Assembly: GCA_041746255.1 (NCBI GenBank)
Contig: JBGTHM010000067.1
Span: forward strand, 11,254 to 75,253
Origin: Fibrobacteria bacterium
GTDB taxonomy: Bacteria; Fibrobacterota; Fibrobacteria; UBA11236
DNA: 64,000 nt
Direction: 5' to 3'
In this document: positions 57,582-64,000 of the stretch, piece after piece
Position numbering within the stretch: the first letter of the stretch is position 1
Layout of the letters: each line of letters opens with the position of its first letter
Notes under the pieces: generated by a model
The model's input: only the letters and a program-made list of their open reading frames with translations
What the model was told of the DNA's origin: nothing
Database searches by the model: none
Translations under genes and position numbers: made by a program

Positions 57582-58245
57582 GTATGAATTCGGTGGTTAG
57601 ATAGATGGTGATGATCGAACCGGCTATGCCGATGACATCGCCGGTAATGCCCAGGGTTTCGCGGAACCAATACCAGAAACCCCTGTCATCGGGAATCGGT
57701 ATGATGAAAATATCTCCCGATTGGATGCCGGCGGACGCCAACGACTTACCCTGGGCGAAAGGACCTAACACATCGATTTCCAGCCTTTCCCCATCCCGCA
57801 TGACATGCAACTTTTCCAGGTTTTTTTCACCTGCGGGGCCCCCGGATATTTTCAGGGCCTCCCACACCGTGGCTTTGCGGTCGACATAGTACATGCCGGG
57901 CAGTGTCCAATGGCCCAGCATGGCCAGGCGATAGGCGGGAGTCACCTTGATATGGGTATCCTTCAGGTAATCCACCAGCCGGCGGGCCAGGTAATTCTCC
58001 ACTTCGACTTGCTTGAGGCCATGGACATAAACCCGACCCACAATCGGCAAATCCGCGAAACCCGCGCTGTCAATGGCATAACCTCCCGCAATAATCGACT
58101 CGGAATCCAGAGGAACTTCGATGAAGAAAGCCTGTCCGGCCTCCAACTTCTCCTCGCGATCGGCCAGGCGCAGGTCGGCGCCGAAGGATTGAACGCTGAG
58201 ACAAAACAGCAGCAGGACTGAAAAACGGAAGTAGGCTGGCAGCAT
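57565..58245 (-). CDS. Polysaccharide export Wza-like protein (Poly_export + SLBB)
   Basis: IDSAGFADLPIVGRVYVHGL, LGHWTLPGMY, EALKISGG, IQSGDIFIIP, C-terminal helix. Confidence 0.82.
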   Translation of the reverse strand: MLPAYFRFSVLLLFCLSVQSFGADLRLADREEKLEAGQAFFIEVPLDSESIIAGGYAIDSAGFADLPIVGRVYVHGLKQVEVENYLARRLVDYLKDTHIKVTPAYRLAMLGHWTLPGMYYVDRKATVWEALKISGGPAGEKNLEKLHVMRDGERLEIDVLGPFAQGKSLASAGIQSGDIFIIPIPDDRGFWYWFRETLGITGDVIGIAGSIITIYLTTEFILERNL

Positions 58246-58295
58246 AAGTCCAGGAAATATAATTCCTCCCCGGGGAACCGGGAAACCGGCCCGTT

Positions 58296-59498
58296 TCAAT
58301 TCGATGCCAAACGCAGGTAACGGTCCCGTATTTCGGACCCAATCGCCAGCGATGCCGTGGCGGCCGGAGAAGGTGCGTTGAGCACATGCAAACTGCGTGT
58401 TCCTTCCACAAAATGAAAATCGTCGACCAACGAGCCGTCGCGGCGCATGGCCTGAGCCCGAACCCCCGCTTCGGCGGGAATCAATTCCTCCGCCTTAATG
58501 GCGGGAATCAACCTTTGCAAGGCTTTCACGAAGGCGGTTTTGGAAAGGGAGCGGAAAACTTCCATCAAACCCATGTTCCAGTGACGTAACGCCAATTTAT
58601 GGAAACCCGGATTGGTGAAAACCTCGGCGGCGTCTCTCAAGCTGAAATCGGTTTTACGGTACCCTTCCCTCCGCAAGGCCAAGACCGCGTTGGGCCCGCA
58701 TTCCACCCCCCCAGCTATCATGCGGGTAAAATGCACTCCCAGAAAGGGAAAGGCGGGGTCGGGAACGGGGTAGATGAGATTACGCACCCGTTTTTGCGCC
58801 GGGCCCGTAAGGGTAAAATATTCGCCGCGAAATGGGATGATAGAGACGTCGGACCGCAAACCGTCCAGCCGCGCGAGCCGGTCGCAATGCAACCCCCCGC
58901 AATTGATTAAAAAGCTCCCTTGATATTCTTCCCGGCCGGAGCGCACCACCTTCGCATCCTTGGCCGTGACAATCGCCTCTACCTGGTTGTGAAACTTTAT
59001 TTCACCTCCGGCCGCCTTGATCCTTTGCGCCAGCTTGCGCGACATCTCTACATAGTCCACAATTCCCGTTTGCGGAACCCATAGCCCTTTGACACCACTT
59101 ACTTCCGGCTCCTTTTCGCGCAGCTCTGCTAAATTCAAGTAACGCACTCCCGCCAATTCGTTGGCCCGCGCCCGCTCCTCCAGCGCTTGCAAACGGGGGA
59201 GCTCTTCTGGCGAAACCGCTACGATGACTTTGCCGCAGATTTCATGGGCCACGTTCTCTTCGCGGCAGAATTCGAGCAAGTCGTGGTAACCCGTACGGCA
59301 CAGGCGGGATTTATAGCTGCCGGGTTTATAATAAATGCCCGAATGGATAACCCCGCTGTTACGTCCGGTCTGGTGCATGGCCACGGCCCGCTCTTTTTCC
59401 AGCACCAGGAGGCGCGTATGGGGCCGCTCCTCCAATATGCGCCAGGCCGTGGAAAGGCCCACTATGCCGCCGCCGATGAGAACCACGTCATATTGCAT
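58296..59498 (-). CDS. lhgO: L-2-hydroxyglutarate oxidase family flavoprotein
   Basis: IGGGIVG, HQTGRNSGVIHSGIYY, PFRGEY, YPVPDPAFPFLGVHFT, AGVRAQA, NAPSPAATASL. Confidence 0.93.
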   Translation of the reverse strand: MQYDVVLIGGGIVGLSTAWRILEERPHTRLLVLEKERAVAMHQTGRNSGVIHSGIYYKPGSYKSRLCRTGYHDLLEFCREENVAHEICGKVIVAVSPEELPRLQALEERARANELAGVRYLNLAELREKEPEVSGVKGLWVPQTGIVDYVEMSRKLAQRIKAAGGEIKFHNQVEAIVTAKDAKVVRSGREEYQGSFLINCGGLHCDRLARLDGLRSDVSIIPFRGEYFTLTGPAQKRVRNLIYPVPDPAFPFLGVHFTRMIAGGVECGPNAVLALRREGYRKTDFSLRDAAEVFTNPGFHKLALRHWNMGLMEVFRSLSKTAFVKALQRLIPAIKAEELIPAEAGVRAQAMRRDGSLVDDFHFVEGTRSLHVLNAPSPAATASLAIGSEIRDRYLRLASN

Positions 59499-60824
59499 TC
59501 AGGTAACCCGCTCCTTCAACTCGGTTTCTTCCAGCATGCGTTCGTAGCTGCTCCAACCGCGGCCTCCGGCCAAATGTCCCAAAACCGCGCCTGCCATGGC
59601 TCCCATGACATCGGTAATATCGGCATGCACCCCATGAAAAAAGCCCTGCGCGAATTCCAGGGCAAGCGCCATGGCGCCCGCCACGGCCAGTACGGACGCA
59701 ACCGACGCTCGTGTGGGCTTGAAGAGATAGGCGAAAAGAAATCCTAACGGGAAAAATGCCACGCCCATGTGTAGAAAATAATGGAGCGAAAGAAATCCCG
59801 TTCTATCCTCATAAGCGAAAAACGGAATGAAGTTGAATCCGGTGTAAGCGTCGGCGGGACGGAATGGATGAAGGCTCATCATCGCCGCCGAAGCGAATAT
59901 CAGCGTCGACCAGAGCACGGCCCAAACCCAGGGATAGGCGCGCCAGTTCCTCTGCTTGATCAGCGCAAGGGCCGCAAGCGCGCCCATGCAGGCGGTGAGA
60001 ATGTCCTGGAATTGGGGAGTACGGGATACCACCACCACTTGCCCCAATTCCAGGAATACCGCGAGAAGAGCCGCGTATACTCCTCCCATCCATAACGGAT
60101 GACGCTGTCCCATATCCGCGAGAAACCGATAGAGCGCCAAAGAGAAGATCACATATTGGACGAAAATCAGGCCGTGGTCGCCCGGCCAGGCGAAATCGAA
60201 AAAGTCGCGTACCAACCCTTTCACAATCCATTTGTTATCGCCCCGGACCAGGGAAAAATCGAAGGGCATCCAGGCGCCCACCGTCGTCAGCACCAAAAAG
60301 ACGGCCAGCGGATAGGCTGTTCGTACCTTGAGATAGCGGCGCGTTTTTTCGTCCTGCAAGAACCGCGAAAACACCTTGTAGGTTTTGTACGCGAAGGCTG
60401 CGCCACTCAGCGCGCCCATGGTATTGGTGAGAACGTCGACCGGCGAGGTATGCCTTACCGGTGAATACAATTGCAAAAATTCCACGCCGCAGCTGAGCAA
60501 AAATCCCGCTCCGGTTACCACCGCTATTTTCCAGAGGTTGGTATAACCCTTCCCCATCGATAGGAAACCGAGGAAACCGAAGGGCAAAAACAGCAACACA
60601 TTTTGCAGGATATCCCCCCACATATCCACCTGTTTCATTTCCCTTTCGGTGCGGGGAAACTTCTCCAATGCTTCGAGAGCTTCCATGCCCACCTTGCCAT
60701 GCGCCGACAATTCAAAGTCGAAGGGAATGGTGGTGCCGTACACCACGAACAAAGCGGAAACCATCCACAAGGACCGGATGAAACGCTTAAGGGCCGGGCT
60801 GACGATTACACTGGGAAAGGTCAT
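59499..60824 (-). CDS. Membrane protein with three VanZ-like repeats (paralogue of 56205-57581)
   Basis: YGTTIPFDF, QNVLLFLPFGF, EFLQLYSPVRHTSPVD, ELGQ...SRTPQFQD, EFAQ...DITD. Confidence 0.8.
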   Translation of the reverse strand: MTFPSVIVSPALKRFIRSLWMVSALFVVYGTTIPFDFELSAHGKVGMEALEALEKFPRTEREMKQVDMWGDILQNVLLFLPFGFLGFLSMGKGYTNLWKIAVVTGAGFLLSCGVEFLQLYSPVRHTSPVDVLTNTMGALSGAAFAYKTYKVFSRFLQDEKTRRYLKVRTAYPLAVFLVLTTVGAWMPFDFSLVRGDNKWIVKGLVRDFFDFAWPGDHGLIFVQYVIFSLALYRFLADMGQRHPLWMGGVYAALLAVFLELGQVVVVSRTPQFQDILTACMGALAALALIKQRNWRAYPWVWAVLWSTLIFASAAMMSLHPFRPADAYTGFNFIPFFAYEDRTGFLSLHYFLHMGVAFFPLGFLFAYLFKPTRASVASVLAVAGAMALALEFAQGFFHGVHADITDVMGAMAGAVLGHLAGGRGWSSYERMLEETELKERVT

Positions 60825-60853
60825 GGCGTCTTAGGGAATGCTTACCGCCGGGC

Positions 60854-61885
60854 TCATGCGGCGAGATGGCCGCGAATACGGGGCCCCAGGGCATTGGCCC
60901 ATCCCAGGGGCAAACGGGTCCAGACCTTGGAGGCCAGCTCCATTTTACCGGAAGCCACATGCCCAACCTGATTGAGCAGCCGACCCTGCCGGTCGAATTG
61001 ATACCAACTTAGCGGTTCTTCTTCGGCCAGCCATTGTTTTTTGAATCGATGCGTACCTTCACCCAACGAACTTCGCCCGAAATCGACGCGCTTGACCCCG
61101 CGTGCAAAGGCCGCCATCAGGCTTTCCCAATAAAGGGCATTATTCGGACAATAGATACGATAATCACGTAAGGTCGAAGCCCAGGGGATAATCATTTCGT
61201 CTCGCCAAAACACCCGTACCAGTCCGCCTATGCAAACACCCTCCCGATAGGCCGCGCCCACTTCAGCGCCGGGCACGTGCTCGAGAATAAGCTCGAAGAA
61301 CGATAGCGAATGGACGGGCGATCCCAAATCGCGCATATTCACGCAAAATACCCGGTAAAAATCCTCCAAATATTCCCGTCGGCCCCAGCGGCAGGTTACC
61401 CCCGACTTTTCCGCCTTGCGCACTTGATTGCGTACGCGGGCATCCAGTTTTTTCCAATAGGCCTCTTGCTCGATATGTTCCAGCGCCAAGGCCATCCCCA
61501 CCTTTTCATTTTCTGGAGCAGGGGTATCGACCAATGGGCGACGGCAGCGCAATTCCAAGCCCGCCTGCCGGGCTTGCGCCTCTTCCAAGAGCCTCTGCAA
61601 AAGCGCGGTCTCTGCCACTTCGGTATCGGCTGTGATACCGCCGAAGTCGAGATAGGGCAATGCCACCAATTGACGCCCGAACAGCGGATGCGTCATCACC
61701 GCGCAGGCGGCCGTCCCATCGGTTTGCGCGCCGCTGCGATGCCGGAATAGCAGCACCTCCTTGCCATAGGCTTGCCGGATCACTTCAAGCCAACCGGGTT
61801 CCTGGGCGTAATTCGCCGCGGAGCAAGCCGCGAGAAAGGCGGAGTAATCCGGAAGGTCCGCTTGAGTGATGCTTTCGACGGAGAT
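60854..61885 (-). CDS. FemAB-like GNAT protein of the type found in PEP-CTERM/XrtA polysaccharide loci
   Basis: LVALPYLDFGG, LELR, RNQVRKAEK, NMRDLGSPV, PNNALYW, DFGRS..GEGT..FKKQW. The homologous frame extends to ATC 61885, upstream of the track's GTG 61783. Confidence 0.88.
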   Translation of the reverse strand: MSVESITQADLPDYSAFLAACSAANYAQEPGWLEVIRQAYGKEVLLFRHRSGAQTDGTAACAVMTHPLFGRQLVALPYLDFGGITADTEVAETALLQRLLEEAQARQAGLELRCRRPLVDTPAPENEKVGMALALEHIEQEAYWKKLDARVRNQVRKAEKSGVTCRWGRREYLEDFYRVFCVNMRDLGSPVHSLSFFELILEHVPGAEVGAAYREGVCIGGLVRVFWRDEMIIPWASTLRDYRIYCPNNALYWESLMAAFARGVKRVDFGRSSLGEGTHRFKKQWLAEEEPLSWYQFDRQGRLLNQVGHVASGKMELASKVWTRLPLGWANALGPRIRGHLAA

Positions 61886-62053
61886 AAACTCGCTCCTTTG
61901 CCTTCATGCCGGATTCCGGCACTGAAAGTACACAGGCAATATTGCCATTTTTAGGCTATCGGGCAAGGATACCATGAATTGGACTCTCTTCACAGTTGTT
62001 GCCAACACCGTAAAGCATTATTTTTAAGCGCAACCCGAACCAAGGAAAGCATT

Positions 62054-62659
62054 ATGGCCTATTCACTTCCTCCCTTACCCTATTCCACCGATGCCCTCGA
62101 GCCTTTTTACGACAAAGCCACGCTGGAAATCCACCATGGCAAACACCATCAAGCTTATGTGGATAAGCTCAACGCCGCCCTCAAAGACGAGCCCGGTCTG
62201 GGAGAGCTTCCGGTGGAAAAGCTGATCGGACAACTCGATAAGGTGCCGGAAAAAATCCGCGGCGCCGTGCGGAATAACGGCGGTGGCGTAGCCAATCACA
62301 CCTTTTTCTGGAACATCATGGGACCGAACAAAGGTGGCAACCCAACCGGCGACGTCGCCAAGGCCATCGATTCCGCCTTCGGCAATTTCGACACTTTCAA
62401 GGAACAGTTCACAGCCAATGCCCTCGCGGTTTTTGGAAGCGGTTGGACCTGGCTGGTTGAGAAGCAGGGCAAAGTGGAAATCATGAACACTTCCAATCAG
62501 GACAGCCCTTACAACTCCGGGATCAAGCCTCTGCTCACCATTGATTTATGGGAACATGCCTACTACCTGAAGTTCCAGAACCGTCGTCCCGAATGGATTG
62601 CCACGTGGTGGAATGTGGTGAACTGGGATGCAGTGGCGCAAAACCTGGCGAAGAAATAA
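62054..62659 (+). CDS. sodA: Superoxide dismutase, Mn-type signature
   Basis: [45 protein letters not shown]. Confidence 0.95.
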   Translation: MAYSLPPLPYSTDALEPFYDKATLEIHHGKHHQAYVDKLNAALKDEPGLGELPVEKLIGQLDKVPEKIRGAVRNNGGGVANHTFFWNIMGPNKGGNPTGDVAKAIDSAFGNFDTFKEQFTANALAVFGSGWTWLVEKQGKVEIMNTSNQDSPYNSGIKPLLTIDLWEHAYYLKFQNRRPEWIATWWNVVNWDAVAQNLAKK

Positions 62660-62670
62660 TCTTGCCGGCT

Positions 62671-62706
62671 ATCCGATGAAGGCGTCCTAGTTGACGCCTT
62701 CCGGAT
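62671..62706. terminator. Hairpin between the convergent sodA and M23 genes
   Basis: GAAGGCGTC-ctagtt-GACGCCTTC with outer ATCCG/CGGAT pairing; no clear U-tract. Confidence 0.45.
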
Positions 62707-63810
62707 GGGAAGTCCTGGCCGCCAGACGTTTCCCAGGTGCGGTTTCTTCAATTTCCATCAAAGCGACCAGGTGATCGCGATGCGCCTGAAATTGTTCCAT
62801 TCGGGCTTCAGCAATCCCCTCCTTCGCCTCCATGGCCAAACCGGTGGGGTCCACATATTTCCCATGCACTTCAACCCGATAATCCAAATGCGGTCCCGTC
62901 GCTAATCCCGTAGCGCCGAGATAGCCGATAACGTCGCCTTGCTTGACCCGCATTCCCTGTTTCAGGCCTTTGGCATATCCATTTAAATGCGCGTAATAGG
63001 TGGAGTAAATCCTGTTATGCCTTATTTTCACGGTTTTTCCGTAGCCGCCTACCCATTTCGCATATTCCACGACACCATCGCCGGCCGAAACAATTCGGGT
63101 GCCGACCGGAGCCACGTAATCCACGCCCCAATGGGGTCGGTTGACGCCCAACACGGGATGCAAACGCGAACGGCTGAATCCTGAGGAAATGCGGGTATAT
63201 TTGAGCGGCGCCTTAAGCAGCATTTTTTGCATGCTTTTGCCTTCGAAGTTGTAATAACCCTCTTCAAACAGAACTCCACTAAACTCGTGGTTGCGGGCCT
63301 TGTACTGTGCGCTTAATATGTTTCCATAACCGATGAAGCGATTTCTATCGTCGAAGCGTTTCTCCACCAGGAGGGCGAAAGAGTCGCCGCGCCTGGGGTC
63401 GCGAAAAAAATCGATGTCCCATGCGAAGAGTTCCATAACCTTGTGCACGATTTGAGGGCTTTCCCCCAGCTCCTGAAACACCCCGTATAAACTCGACTCC
63501 AATGTCCCGTTTATGGAAACGGTATCGATGCGCAGGCGAATCTCTTCTTGAGTGAACTTCAAGTCGGCCACCCGCATTCCGTCCTGTTCGGATTCTTCCC
63601 GGTTCAACACGTAGCGTATGGGTTGGTGACGGTCCCGCATTTGAAATCGCTCCACGACTCGATCCGGGCCTTCGCCGCGTAATACCGTGGTGTATTCCTG
63701 TCCTGCATACAACCGGCTGTCGAAATGCTTATGCACGGCGTTGCGTAGCAAAGCGGTTTCCTCTGGGGTCAGCCCCAAGTTATCGACTATTTTCGCATAG
63801 GTTTCGCCGG
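62687..63810 (-). CDS. M23-family peptidoglycan endopeptidase (MepM/Csd3-like); native 5' end not seen
   Basis: FAWDIDFFRD.RRGDSF, RISSGF, HPVLG, HWGVD, AGDGVV, GYGKTVKIRH, YAHL, TGPHLDY. Confidence 0.92.
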
Positions 63811-64000
63811 ATTTTATATTCAGCATACTGATACCAAAATCACTAACAGGTGTAGGAAAATTCAATTCCACATTTCCCTTCTTTTCTCCATGCATTATTG
63901 CGGGAACAATTCCTTCGAACCTCGTATGCTTCAGCAATTCAGCTACATCAATATGCTTTGGTGTAAGTCCGCCACGCAATACATTATCACTATTTGCCAT
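63811..64000 (-). other. manA: Fragment of class I mannose-6-phosphate isomerase, joined in frame to the M23 ORF
   Basis: MANSDNVLRGGLTPKHIDVAELL is the class I PMI internal signature; 72/190 GC (38%). Confidence 0.8.

Noticed and set aside
62270..62310. SOD motif GGGVANH instead of GGGHANH
   Set aside because: The metal-ligand His (in NH) is retained; ordinary variation
1..64000. CRISPR array, tRNA/rRNA, transposase, integrase, exosortase
   Set aside because: No regularly spaced repeats or diagnostic motifs seen by eye

Overview
A ~55% GC bacterial window, most consistent with a Fibrobacterota-type organism (inferred from the sorting tails and domain architectures of the secreted proteins). 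Most of it (~3.4-62 kb) is a large, mosaic surface-polysaccharide/glycoconjugate locus. It holds Wzx, an O-antigen ligase/Wzy-like protein, a Wza/SLBB protein, about nine GT2/GT4 enzymes, a GT-C, AsnB-like and FemAB-like modifiers, GalE, RfbF, a sugar C-methyltransferase, a deacetylase, OpgC and two triple-VanZ proteins. It also holds an FkbH-ACP plus dehydratase/ketoreductase acyl module. Large secreted proteins are interleaved: a GH5 mannanase-like enzyme, three paralogues of an uncharacterised GH-like family, a GSDH propeller, a GH140-like protein and a four-repeat lipoprotein. The most notable sequence-level observations: (i) a solo AAA+/DUF4143 nuclease gene flanked by a duplicated 3' end of asnB (attL/attR-like, no integrase) with an 18-bp palindrome; (ii) a PKS-starter-like glyceryl/lactyl-ACP module inside the polysaccharide locus; (iii) a DxD-less GT2 paired with an intact one; (iv) a HigB-like toxin remnant with its operator and intact antitoxin; (v) a low-GC ManA fragment joined in frame to an M23 peptidase at the right edge. 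I saw no rRNA, tRNA, CRISPR array, transposase or integrase. All family calls come from reading motifs by eye, not from database searches.
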